Of a stretch of DNA of 25,461 bases, positions 16,747 to 25,461 are shown in pieces. The notes beneath the pieces were generated by a model. That model made no database searches. It was not told where the DNA came from and saw nothing but the letters and a program-made list of their open reading frames with translations. Both the position numbers and the translations under genes were made by a program. Origin of the DNA: Gemmatimonadota bacterium. Lineage in GTDB: Bacteria; Gemmatimonadota; Gemmatimonadetes; Longimicrobiales; RSA9. The stretch's first letter is position 1, and each line of letters starts with the position of its first letter. The stretch lies in contig JBBDRO010000063.1 in assembly GCA_040905425.1 (NCBI GenBank), positions 1-25,461 of the forward strand, given 5' to 3'.

Positions 16747-18891
16747 GTGCGCACCGCCCGCCTGCTCTTCGCCGCCCTCCTCCTCTTCGCGGCCCCCGCC
16801 GCCGCCCAGTCCTCCTACATGCTCCAGGAGGCGCCCTTCAGCGTGGCGGACGTGCTGAGCCCCGGCTTCCCCTTCGATCTGGTGGCTGCGCCGGAGGCGG
16901 AGCGGATCGCCTGGCTGGAGTACGAGCGCGGCATGCGCAACGTGTGGACGGCCGCGGCGCCGGACTTCGAGCCCGTGCGCCTGACCGACTGGACGGCGGA
17001 CGACGGCCACGACCTCTCCGGCCTGCAGATCTCCGACGACGGCGCCACGGTAGCCTTCATCCGCGGCCACGCCCCGAACCGCGACGGCTGGGTAGCCAAC
17101 CCAACCTCCGACCCGGCGGGCGCGGAGCGGGCGGTGTGGGCCATGCGCACCTCGGGCGGCGCACCCTGGCGGGTGCTGGAGGCCAACGGCTTCACGCTGT
17201 CGCCCGACGGGCGGCACGTGCTGGTGGAGCGCGGCGGGCAAATCCACCGCGCGCCGGTGGATCCGAACGCGCTCGACGCCGAAGCGGCCGCGGCGGAGCC
17301 CTACTTCACCGTCTACGGCAACAACGGGGACCCGGCGTGGTCCCCCGACGGCACGCGCGTGCTCTTCGAGACTGGGCGCGGCGACCATTCGTACGTGGCC
17401 GTCTACGACACGCGCGACCCCGGGATCACCTACCTGGCGCCCGGCGTGGACCGGGACGTCAACCCGGTCTGGTCCCCCGACGGCAGCCGCGTGGCCTTCC
17501 TGCGGCGGCCCGGCCAGCCCTTCGGAGCCAGCGCGGAGCGGGATCGGAGCCTGCCCGCCTCCGCCTATCCCGACGGCCTGCTGAGCGCCAGCTTCCGCGG
17601 CGGTCACACGCTGGAGATCTGGGTGGCCGACCCGTCCACGGGCGAAGGGCGCCGCCTGTGGGCCAGCCAGCCCGGTGACGACCCCTTCGACAACATCTCC
17701 TCCTTCCGCTGGGTGGGTGAGCACCTGGTCTTCGAGCTGGAGCCGGACAACTGGCGGCACTGGTACTCCATCTCGGTGAGGGATCCGCAGCCCACCCCCG
17801 TGCACCTCACGCCGGGTGAGGGCTTCGTGGAGCAGGTGGACTTCTCCGAGGACGGCCGCTGGCTCTACTACGCCGCCAACATGGGGGACATCGACCGCCG
17901 TGACCTGTGGCGCGTGCCGGTGGCCGGCGGCACGCCGGAGAACCTCACCAACGGCGCCGGTATCGAGACCTGGCCGGCGGTGCTGCCCTCGGGTGAGACG
18001 GTGGCCGTGCTGTATGCCGACGCCCGCCAGCCGCAGACCGTGGCCGTGCTGCCGGCGGACGGCGGGCAGGCGCGCACCATCCGCGCGCTGCCGGCCGAAT
18101 TCCCCTACGACCAGCACGTGGTCCCGGAGAACGTGATCATCACGGCCGAGGACGGCCTGGAGACCAACAACCAGCTCTTCCTGCCCCCCGACCTGCAGCC
18201 CGGCGAGCGCCGTCCGGCCGTCATCTTCATCCACGGCGGCTCGCGCAGGCAGATGCTGCTCGGCTACCACTATCGCCACTTCTACCACATGGCCTACGCC
18301 TACAACCAGTACCTGGCCAACCGTGGCTATGTGGTGCTGAGTGTGAACTACCGGAGCGGCATCGGCTACGGCCGCGAGTTCCGTAACGCGCCCGACGTGG
18401 GCCGGCGCGGCAACGCCGAGTACGGGGACATCATTGCCGCCGGCCGCTACCTGCAGGGCCGCGCCGACGTGGACCCGGAGCGGGTGGGGCTGTGGGGCCT
18501 CTCCTACGGCGGCGTGCTGACCGCGCAGGGGCTGGCCAGGAACTCCGACGTATTCAAGTCCGGCGTGGACCTGGCCGGCGTCCACCTGTGGGGCAGCACC
18601 GTGGATCCCGCGGACGTGTCGTACCAGTCCTCCGCCATCGCGGCCATCGACAGCTGGACCTCACCGGTCATGCTCCTCCACGGCGACGATGACCGCAACG
18701 TGGCTTTCTCCCAGACCGTGGGTCTAGTGCAGCTCCTGCGCGCGCACGACGTGCCCTACGAACTCATTGTCTTCCCGGACGACGTGCACGACTCGCTGCT
18801 CTTCCACCGCTGGGTCCTGACCTTCGACGCGGCGGACGACTTCCTGGAGCGGACGCTGGTGCGGGGGGAGGGGGTGCGGGTGGCCTGGTAA
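16747..18891 (+). CDS. S9-family (prolyl oligopeptidase/DPP-like) serine peptidase with PD40/TolB-like propeller
   Basis: GTG start just after the upstream stop; signal peptide; PAWSPDG and PVWSPDG repeats; IHGG, nucleophile GLSYGG, HGDDDRNV and DDVH. Confidence 0.93.
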   Translation: MRTARLLFAALLLFAAPAAAQSSYMLQEAPFSVADVLSPGFPFDLVAAPEAERIAWLEYERGMRNVWTAAAPDFEPVRLTDWTADDGHDLSGLQISDDGATVAFIRGHAPNRDGWVANPTSDPAGAERAVWAMRTSGGAPWRVLEANGFTLSPDGRHVLVERGGQIHRAPVDPNALDAEAAAAEPYFTVYGNNGDPAWSPDGTRVLFETGRGDHSYVAVYDTRDPGITYLAPGVDRDVNPVWSPDGSRVAFLRRPGQPFGASAERDRSLPASAYPDGLLSASFRGGHTLEIWVADPSTGEGRRLWASQPGDDPFDNISSFRWVGEHLVFELEPDNWRHWYSISVRDPQPTPVHLTPGEGFVEQVDFSEDGRWLYYAANMGDIDRRDLWRVPVAGGTPENLTNGAGIETWPAVLPSGETVAVLYADARQPQTVAVLPADGGQARTIRALPAEFPYDQHVVPENVIITAEDGLETNNQLFLPPDLQPGERRPAVIFIHGGSRRQMLLGYHYRHFYHMAYAYNQYLANRGYVVLSVNYRSGIGYGREFRNAPDVGRRGNAEYGDIIAAGRYLQGRADVDPERVGLWGLSYGGVLTAQGLARNSDVFKSGVDLAGVHLWGSTVDPADVSYQSSAIAAIDSWTSPVMLLHGDDDRNVAFSQTVGLVQLLRAHDVPYELIVFPDDVHDSLLFHRWVLTFDAADDFLERTLVRGEGVRVAW

Positions 18892-18936
18892 AGATCATGC
18901 GCAGGTCGTGGCTGATCGGCGTGAGCGGCTGCACCG

Positions 18937-20208
18937 CTACGGCGCACGCCGGCCGTTCGCCTCCTTCTCCAGGGCGTATACCCGCACCCGCCCGACGCCG
19001 AGATCGTCATAATGGACGCCCACCATCCGGTCCTCGGAGATCCACTCGACGCGCAGGCCGCTCGGGACCTCGACGGGCCCGAGCCACCTTCCTTCCTTCG
19101 CGAAGACGTCCCAGAGCACCGGACCGTCGTCCGCTTCGGTCCGGTACCGCTGGACCCACAGGTTCCCTGATGCGTCCACCAGCAGCCCCTCGTAGTAGGG
19201 CATGTGGTCCGGGAAGGGGATCTCCGCCAGATCCCGTCGCCACTGGCGGGCGTCGTTCTCGTCCCTGGCATCCCGGACGTAATCGTCCACGAGCCAGTCC
19301 CGATCGCCAGCAGTGACCTCCCGGGGCTCGGCGCCCCAGTGAAGGATCCGCGTCACGCCACCGGCGGGATCCAGTTCCATGATCGCAGGCTCCGCGGATT
19401 CTCCCGCGTACGCCCGCCCGGCCCCCACCGCGTACGCGCCCCGCGCCGCGAAGGGCATGACAGGGTAGGAGGTCCCACCATCCTGCCGCTCCCGGAGCCA
19501 CTGGTGATCGCTCGCCAGTTCCGCGTGCGCCCGGGCGTCCTGCCCCTCGCCACGCCAGGAGACCAGACGAACGGAACCCCGGAAGGTGGTGCCGTGGCCG
19601 GATCGGGGTCGGGGCGGACTCGACCCCTGGAGCCCGAAGAAGCGGCCGTTTCCGAACTGTCCGATGGCGTTGGGAGCCCTTCCGCCGAGCAGGTTCGGAA
19701 TGTGGATCAGCTCCAGGAGGTTGCCGGCGAAGTCCATGCGGGTAATCCGGTCCGCCACCGCGACGGTGACCATGAGCGATGCGGAATCCGGAGCGAGCCA
19801 GAGGCGTCCCAAGATTTCGAACTCACCGGGGCCCTGGCCCGAGCGTCCCACGGCCCGGATGAAGCGTCCGTCCTCGTCGAAGAAGCGGATCTCGTTGGCC
19901 CGGGCGTCGCCCACGACGATGCGCCCATCGGGGAGGAGGCGAGGAGACCGGATCGCGGCGAAAAGGTAGGGAGCGGGGCCATCGGCTGCACCGATCTCCA
20001 CGAGCGGGTTCGCGGCGACCGTCCATCCTTCACCCTCGCCCCAGGCGGGCTCGGCACTCTCGACCACCGGGACTTCGACGCCGCCCACCTCCTCCGTGCC
20101 GCTGGACGCCGGCCGGTCGGTGTCGCAGGCGAGCAGGGGGAGGACGATCGCTGTGATGATGTCGAGTTTACCCGGGCGGATCGGTACAGGCCTCATCGTG
20201 AACTCCAT
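18937..20208 (-). CDS. 6-bladed beta-propeller lipoprotein
   Basis: Lipobox LLAC; LPDGRIVVGD...IRFFDEDGRFIRAVGRSGQGPGEF, VDASGNLWV and WDVFAKEGRWLG. Confidence 0.85.
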   Translation of the reverse strand: MEFTMRPVPIRPGKLDIITAIVLPLLACDTDRPASSGTEEVGGVEVPVVESAEPAWGEGEGWTVAANPLVEIGAADGPAPYLFAAIRSPRLLPDGRIVVGDARANEIRFFDEDGRFIRAVGRSGQGPGEFEILGRLWLAPDSASLMVTVAVADRITRMDFAGNLLELIHIPNLLGGRAPNAIGQFGNGRFFGLQGSSPPRPRSGHGTTFRGSVRLVSWRGEGQDARAHAELASDHQWLRERQDGGTSYPVMPFAARGAYAVGAGRAYAGESAEPAIMELDPAGGVTRILHWGAEPREVTAGDRDWLVDDYVRDARDENDARQWRRDLAEIPFPDHMPYYEGLLVDASGNLWVQRYRTEADDGPVLWDVFAKEGRWLGPVEVPSGLRVEWISEDRMVGVHYDDLGVGRVRVYALEKEANGRRAP

Positions 20209-20324
20209 CGCCGTTGCGTGCGGCCGTTGCTCTCCGGGTCGACTCCGGACTTCACTACGTGATCACTGGTAGGGTGTTTCACTACATCATGGCCTGCCCT
20301 CCCCGCTGGTCACGCGCCGCCAGT

Positions 20325-21905
20325 TCACGTAAGCGACGGTTGCTCGTCAGCGTGCCCCGCGGACTCCGCCACACCCGTGAAGCACTCTGCGTAGAGCCGC
20401 TCGAACCGCGGGACCTCATCGGCCGTCAGAGCCTGAAACTCCCCCTCCCGCGCTCGCTTCGACAACCGCCCCCCTCCCTCATGGAGGAACCGATGGAGCA
20501 GGTCCAGCGTGCGTTCGGGCATATCCACCACCTGCTGAACGCCGCTCCGGAAGCGGTCGTAGGCCTCGAGGTAGGCCACCTCCTGAGGTAAGTCGGTTGC
20601 CACGGTCTCCGCCACCCGGCGGTACAGGAACTCCGCGTGCGCGGTAACGTCGACATAGCGGTAGTAGTCGGCCGTATCGTTCAGCACCTCCACGTTGCCG
20701 CGCGGTGTAGGACGCCACTGGATGTGCCCGAGGAGCGGCAGCGAGTAGCTCTCCAGCACGCGGCGGTACTCACTGACGTGCCGCAGGATCGAGGCGCTGA
20801 TGGGGAAGACAACGCCCGTGGGGCCGTACCCCGCCGCGGCGAGCACGTGGTGGATGAGCCACCGGTGCACGCGCCCGTTGCCATCCTCGAATGGATGGAT
20901 GTAGACGAAGCCGAACGCGGCCGAAGCTGCCACAACAACCGGGTCCATCCCTGCCTCGATGGCGCTTTCGACATACGCGGCCAAGCCGCCAAGGAGGCCG
21001 CGCAGATCCGCCGGACGGGCGCTGACGTGGTCGGGGAGCGGCTCGCCGGTAAGCCGGTCGTGCGCGCCCACGAATCCGCCCTCCTCGCGGAGGCCGAGGC
21101 GGACGAAGCGGTCGTCGCCGATGACCGTGCGCTGAAGCCGCTCCAACTCTTCGACACCCAACGGGACCGATCCCGCTTCGGCGATCGCGCGTCCCCATCG
21201 CGTCGCGCGGTCGTGCGAGGGCTGCTCGCCCTCGATGCTGAAGCTCGCCCGGCTATCGCTCAGGAGCAGGAACGCGGCTGCGCGAGCGACCACATCCGGA
21301 TGCGTGCGGCCGATCACCGCCCGCGCGCGCTCCTCCAGACCCATGGCACGCAGCCGTTCAAGCTCCTCCGTGCGCCGGACGAGCGGACAGAACTCCCGTG
21401 GTCCGGGCAGGTTGTTCATGACTCTGTGACGCGAGGACCGGGGGCCACTGGCGGCCGCGTACTGCTGCCCTGGATCCACCACCAGGACCGAGCGCACCTT
21501 CCCGGGCTCGGGCACGTCCAACTCTTCACCGGTCAGCCACTCGTACAGGAACCACAGCCGGCGCGCGTACCGACCCGTCGGTTTGTTGCGGATCACCGCC
21601 GCGACCTCTGCCGCGTCCACAACGCGAAAAAGCTGGTTGAGCACCGGCAGGTCGACGCCCTCCCACTTCAGAGCGAACTCCAACTGGCCTTCCAGGGTGT
21701 CCGCCGGCGCATGGCGGGGCGTCAGAAGCAGCCACTCGGACGTGTCGGTCTTACGGTGCCGCTCGGCGATCCCGGCGAGGCGGCCCGGCAACGGGACGGG
21801 GAGTTCGTAACGTTGCAGGAGCGCGGCATAGCCCGCGAGCCGGGCAGGCTCGGGAAGCCTGCGGCCCTGAAAAACCGTCACGGCGTGTGAATTTCTATCA
21901 CCCAT
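20325..21905 (-). CDS. Fic-family protein (long form)
   Basis: Canonical Fic motif HPFEDGNGRVHR; SRASFSIEGE resembles the (S/T)xxxE(G/N) autoinhibitory helix. Confidence 0.93.
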   Translation of the reverse strand: MGDRNSHAVTVFQGRRLPEPARLAGYAALLQRYELPVPLPGRLAGIAERHRKTDTSEWLLLTPRHAPADTLEGQLEFALKWEGVDLPVLNQLFRVVDAAEVAAVIRNKPTGRYARRLWFLYEWLTGEELDVPEPGKVRSVLVVDPGQQYAAASGPRSSRHRVMNNLPGPREFCPLVRRTEELERLRAMGLEERARAVIGRTHPDVVARAAAFLLLSDSRASFSIEGEQPSHDRATRWGRAIAEAGSVPLGVEELERLQRTVIGDDRFVRLGLREEGGFVGAHDRLTGEPLPDHVSARPADLRGLLGGLAAYVESAIEAGMDPVVVAASAAFGFVYIHPFEDGNGRVHRWLIHHVLAAAGYGPTGVVFPISASILRHVSEYRRVLESYSLPLLGHIQWRPTPRGNVEVLNDTADYYRYVDVTAHAEFLYRRVAETVATDLPQEVAYLEAYDRFRSGVQQVVDMPERTLDLLHRFLHEGGGRLSKRAREGEFQALTADEVPRFERLYAECFTGVAESAGHADEQPSLT

Positions 21906-21999
21906 AGCAGTGGCGTTGCGAAACGATCACCGGAGCTCCTGGAAATCAAAGTCGGTGCAGAATAGTTCACTGATGGTAGAGAGGACGAAAAATAATCAC
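21872..21999. promoter_or_regulatory. Repeated AA(N4)TCAC motifs around the fic start
   Basis: AAACCGTCAC 21872, AAACGATCAC 21921, AATAGTTCAC 21961 and AAATAATCAC 21990, plus a weaker TTTCTATCAC at 21892, in an AT-rich patch. Confidence 0.5.
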
Positions 22000-22307
22000 C
22001 TGGAGGGCGAAAGGCCAGGCTGCATCGCGGGCAGTCGGCCGATCTCTTCCACCTGCGGGAGGCCCGGGGCATCGAGCTGGACTTGGTGGTGGAGTCCGCC
22101 GGGACGGTCATCGGTGTGGAGGCCAAGTCCGGCGCCACGGTGGGCAGTGACTTCCTCGACCACCTGCGCCGGTTCACCCAGCGCGTCGAGGAGCACCACC
22201 CGGAGCTGCGAGCCTCGTCCCGTCTCCTGTACGGTGGCGAGCGGGAGGAGCGCAGGACGCACGCGCACGTGGTGCCGTGGCAGCGCATCCAGGAGGTGGA
22301 ATGGTGA
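21996..22307 (+). pseudogene. C-terminal fragment of an AAA ATPase-DUF4143 protein
   Basis: Frame reads KARLHRGQSADLFHLREARGIELDLVVE...GVEAKSGATV...LLYGG...VVPW, a PD-(D/E)xK-like tail. An in-frame TAA lies at 21993 and no ATPase domain is upstream. Confidence 0.75.
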
Positions 22308-22364
22308 CATTGCTGATGGCCTTCGGGATTGTGTGGCATTCAGCCTGATGTCAGATTGGAGGCC

Positions 22365-22574
22365 ATGAAGGAGCGCCCGAACCACCAGATTTATATCCGG
22401 GTCCTGCGGGAGATGGGAGCGGAAAAACGTCTGAAAAAGGCGTTCGAGTTGTCCGAGTTCGCCCGCGCTCTCACACGTCGTGGATTGGAACAGCTGCACC
22501 CCGACCTCGACCCAGCCGATCTCGATCGTTTATACCTCGAGCGTATGAAGAAGGCCCGAGATCGGGTCGATTAG
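22365..22574 (+). CDS. Small helical protein, Rv0078B/MenA1-like putative antitoxin (69 aa)
   Basis: GGAGG RBS at 22358-22362; LREMGAEKRLKKAFELSEFARAL...GL...HP pattern; lies directly upstream of a nucleotidyltransferase. Confidence 0.7.
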   Translation: MKERPNHQIYIRVLREMGAEKRLKKAFELSEFARALTRRGLEQLHPDLDPADLDRLYLERMKKARDRVD

Positions 22575-22577
22575 CCT

Positions 22578-23144
22578 TTGACTCCGCTCGAGACGCTGAG
22601 ATATGTGGTGGATGTGCTCGACTCCGAACGGATCGAATACATGATCACGGGGTCCGTAGCCTCCAGTCTCCAGGGGGAGCCGAGGGCCACCCATGATCTC
22701 GACGTCGTGGTCGCGGTCCAGGCAAAGGATGCCCCGGCTCTTCTCAGGGGCTTCTCTCGGCCCCGGTTCTACCTCGACGAGCAGGCGATTCTCGAGGCGG
22801 TTCGTACCGGAGGAATGTTCAACGCCATCAGTCTTGAGGACGGCGACAAGGTCGACTTCTGGATGCTCACGAGTGACCCGTTCGACGCTTCGCGCTTCGC
22901 ACGGCGCGTGCATGTCGAAGTGTTCGGATTGCTGCTAAAGGTGTCCAGTCCTGAGGACACGATTCTCGCGAAGCTCCGGTGGTCGAACATGTCTGGCGGC
23001 AGCGAGAAGTCGTTCATCGATGCACTGCGCGTCTTCGAGGTACAGGCCAGGACGTTGGACCGCGTCTATCTGGAAGAATGGTCGGAGCGCTTGGGGGTTC
23101 TCGAGCTCTGGACCCGACTGCAGTCTGAAGCGGAGCTCCCCTAA
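22578..23144 (+). CDS. Nucleotidyltransferase, MenT1/AbiEii-like putative toxin
   Basis: YMITGSVASSLQGEPRATHDLDVVV (hG[GS]...R.T.DhD), KVDF and SPEDTILAKL; TTG start after a 3-bp gap following the upstream stop. Confidence 0.8.
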   Translation: MTPLETLRYVVDVLDSERIEYMITGSVASSLQGEPRATHDLDVVVAVQAKDAPALLRGFSRPRFYLDEQAILEAVRTGGMFNAISLEDGDKVDFWMLTSDPFDASRFARRVHVEVFGLLLKVSSPEDTILAKLRWSNMSGGSEKSFIDALRVFEVQARTLDRVYLEEWSERLGVLELWTRLQSEAELP

Positions 23145-23198
23145 CGAAGTCGGCACGTCCCTGGCGCTCCCGCATGCACCCCACGACCCGAGGTAGCC

Positions 23199-23937
23199 AT
23201 GCCTGACCGGACCCCCCTGCGCCACCTGGCCGCCGGCCTGGGCGTCAGCCTGGCGCTCGCCGCCCTGCCCGGCGCCGGCAACGCGCAGGCCCCCGACACG
23301 CTGACCTTTTCCATCGACAGCCTGCTCGCCCTCACCGCCGACTCCGCCGACTACCCGGAGGAGCCCGTGCTGGCGCTGCTCGTGGACGGCGCGGTGCGCC
23401 TGCAGGCGGTCGGCACGGGCGTGCGCACCTTCCGCTACGCCTGGCAGCTGCTGCGCCAGGAGGCGCTCCGCGCGCTGGCGGAGCGGACCATCAGCTACGA
23501 CGCGGGCCGGGAGGAGTTCACCCTGCGCTGGGCGCGCGTGCTGGACCGGGACGGCAACGTGGTCAGCGCCGAGCCGATCCACCCACATCCTGGACTACAG
23601 CTACACTATCCGGGTGACAGATCCCGCCATGGCCGGCAACTTCTGGCTGCGCCGCGGCGTGAACGGCGCCGGCACGGTGCGGCGCTACCGGCTCCGGGTG
23701 GACCTGCCGGCAGCCCTCGATCCCCGCCTGCGACTGCAGAACGTGGCGGAGCCGGAGATCCGCCGCGCGGACGGTCGCTTGATACGTGAGTGGCGGTTCG
23801 CCAACGTGGAGCGCGTGCAGAGCGAGCCGTTCGCCGCCGACAGCAACGGCGTGGTGCAGTCCATCACCCTGGGGCCGCCCCTGGAGTGGGACGACGTGGA
23901 ATACGTGATGATTTCGCCGCCGGCGGGGGGCGGTTAG
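23199..23937 (+). pseudogene. DUF3857-type (transglutaminase-associated) secreted protein, frameshifted and truncated
   Basis: GAGG RBS and signal peptide; frame 1 runs to WARVLDRDGNVVSAEPIH, then the +1 frame from about 23581 reads ILDYSYTIRV...REWRFANVE...EPFAADSNGV...WDDV and stops with no transglutaminase domain. Confidence 0.7.
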
Positions 23938-24094
23938 GGCTTCACGATGGCAGCGGGTTTCTTGCCCGGAAGATCCGTGCGGCCTAGGTTGGCGCGGCCA
24001 TGAAGTGTGAGTCGGATCTCCTATCCCTCACACCAGGCGCCGGCTCCCGCCGCCGCTTTGCGTACCAGCCGAACCTCTTTCAAGTGGACAGCCG

Positions 24095-24805
24095 ATGGAA
24101 GCGGCACGCCGGCCGGCAGACGACGGTCCAGCCCCTCCGCCCGGCACGGACGGCAGCTTCGAATCGCTCCGCATCAAGACCGCCGGGGAGCTCCACGACG
24201 GCGTCCTGCAGGCGCTCACCGCGGCCAGCCTGCAACTCGAGGTGGTACGGCGCACCATGCGCGCGGACCCCGATGGGGCCGAGCGGATTCTCCTGGATCT
24301 CATGGAGAACGTCCAGGCCGAGCAGCGGGAGCTCCGCCTCTTCGTGGACGAACTCAAGGGTCCGCACTCCGCCTGGTCCGATGGCGCCCTGCCGGTGCAC
24401 GAGCGCCTGGAGGACATGCTGCAGCGGATCCAGACCATCTGGGGGATCCAGGTCACCCTCTCGGCGGCCCGGCTGGCCGGACTGCCGCCCCGCCTGGACC
24501 GGGAGGTCATCCGCCTCGTGCAGGAGGCGGTGGTGAACGCCGCCCGCCACGGCCACGCCAGCAACGTGTCGTTGCGCCTCGAGGTCCGGTCGGGCGCCGT
24601 CCACATCCACCTGCGGGACAATGGCTTGGGCTTCTCCTTCCAGGGCGAGTACCACGGCGACGAACTCAAGGCTCGCCGCATGGGGCCGGTGAGCCTGCGC
24701 CGCCGCGTGGAGATGAACGATGGCACACTCGTCATCCGCTCCACCGAGCGCGGGGCACGGATCCACATAGCCATTCCACTGCATCCGGGAGACCACTCAG
24801 CATGA
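24095..24805 (+). CDS. HisKA_3-type histidine kinase core without sensor domain
   Basis: H-box AGELHDGVLQAL, N-box QEAVVNAARHG, G1 DNGLGF; no transmembrane segment. Confidence 0.82.
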   Translation: MEAARRPADDGPAPPPGTDGSFESLRIKTAGELHDGVLQALTAASLQLEVVRRTMRADPDGAERILLDLMENVQAEQRELRLFVDELKGPHSAWSDGALPVHERLEDMLQRIQTIWGIQVTLSAARLAGLPPRLDREVIRLVQEAVVNAARHGHASNVSLRLEVRSGAVHIHLRDNGLGFSFQGEYHGDELKARRMGPVSLRRRVEMNDGTLVIRSTERGARIHIAIPLHPGDHSA

Positions 24806-25428
24806 TGCTAAACGTCGTTCTCGCGGAGGACCACACCATGGTCCTGGAAGGCCTGCGGGCGCTGCTGGCCTTCGAGGAGGACATAGCCCTCGTGGAGCTG
24901 TGCAAGGACGGGGAGGAGGCGGTGGAAGCGGTGGAGCGGCATCGGCCTGACATCCTGGTCATGGACGTGGCCATGCCTGTCTGCGACGGCCTCACCGCGT
25001 GCGCGCGCCTGCGGGCGGCGGGGGTCTCGCCCCCAACGGTGTTGCTGGCGGCCACCCTGGATGACGCGGACCTGATGCGGGCCGTGGAGCTCGGGGTGGA
25101 AGGGCTGGTCCTCAAGGAGTCAGCAGCGGCGGGGCTGGTGGACGCCATCCGGGCGGTGGCGCGCGGGGAGCGGGTCATTCCACCTGCGCTCAGCCATCGG
25201 GCGCTGGACCTGCTGGCGGAAGGACGGGCGGAGGGCGCCTCCCTCACGCCCCGTGAAGAGGACGTGGCGCGGCTGGTGGCGGCCGGGGAGTCCAACAAGC
25301 GCGTGGCGCGCGCCCTCGGCCTGTCCAGCGGGACGGTGAAGCAGCACCTCCATAGCGTGTTCAAGAAGCTGGGCGTGGCCAACAGGGTGCAGCTCAGCGT
25401 GGTGGTGCGGGAGCGGGACGGCGGCTGA
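24802..25428 (+). CDS. NarL/FixJ-family response regulator (REC + LuxR HTH)
   Basis: VVLAEDH, PDILVMDVAMP, LKES and LTPREEDV...GESNKRVARALGLSSGTVKQH; ATGA overlap with the kinase. Confidence 0.95.
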   Translation: MMLNVVLAEDHTMVLEGLRALLAFEEDIALVELCKDGEEAVEAVERHRPDILVMDVAMPVCDGLTACARLRAAGVSPPTVLLAATLDDADLMRAVELGVEGLVLKESAAAGLVDAIRAVARGERVIPPALSHRALDLLAEGRAEGASLTPREEDVARLVAAGESNKRVARALGLSSGTVKQHLHSVFKKLGVANRVQLSVVVRERDGG

Positions 25429-25448
25429 GGTTCGCCGACCACCGAGAA

Positions 25449-25461
25449 GGGGGGGGGGGGG
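25449..25461. other. Terminal poly-G run (13 nt), probable sequencing or assembly artefact
   Basis: Homopolymer at the very end of the window; typical of two-colour Illumina read tails. Confidence 0.6.

Noticed and set aside
24007..24801. 473-aa fused response regulator ORF
   Set aside because: The first 265 codons are an alternative frame of the kinase gene; the REC domain starts at 24802.
25449..25461. Poly-G as a phase-variation tract or G-quadruplex
   Set aside because: It lies at the extreme end of the sequence, where a technical artefact is more likely.

Overview
High-GC bacterial DNA. The gene content resembles Gemmatimonadota or similar MAGs, but taxonomy is inferred, not shown. The left 12 kb is a minus-strand run: HupE/UreJ membrane protein, NHL/PAL-like propeller, 6-bladed propeller, carboxypeptidase-regulatory-like protein, beta-carbonic anhydrase, DUF885-like lipoprotein, M28 peptidase, and a PA0069-family radical SAM gene. 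An intein splits the CxxxCxxC motif of that radical SAM gene, and its second LAGLIDADG motif looks degenerate. Between the divergent hupE-like and NHL genes lies a ~3.2 kb insert bounded by an imperfect 57-bp direct repeat. It carries a broken IS1182/IS5-like transposase and an intact module: near-consensus sigma70 promoter, 80-aa secreted Cys/His peptide, stem-loop, and 6-bladed beta-propeller lipoprotein. This module is the best candidate for an undescribed system. To the right are an NHL protein, an S9 peptidase, another propeller lipoprotein, and a decaying accessory islet (Fic protein, DUF4143 fragment, MenA1/MenT1-like toxin-antitoxin pair, DUF3857 pseudogene). The window ends with a sensor-less HisKA_3 kinase, a NarL-type regulator and a poly-G run. 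No rRNA, tRNA or CRISPR array was recognised. All family calls come from motif recognition, without database searches.
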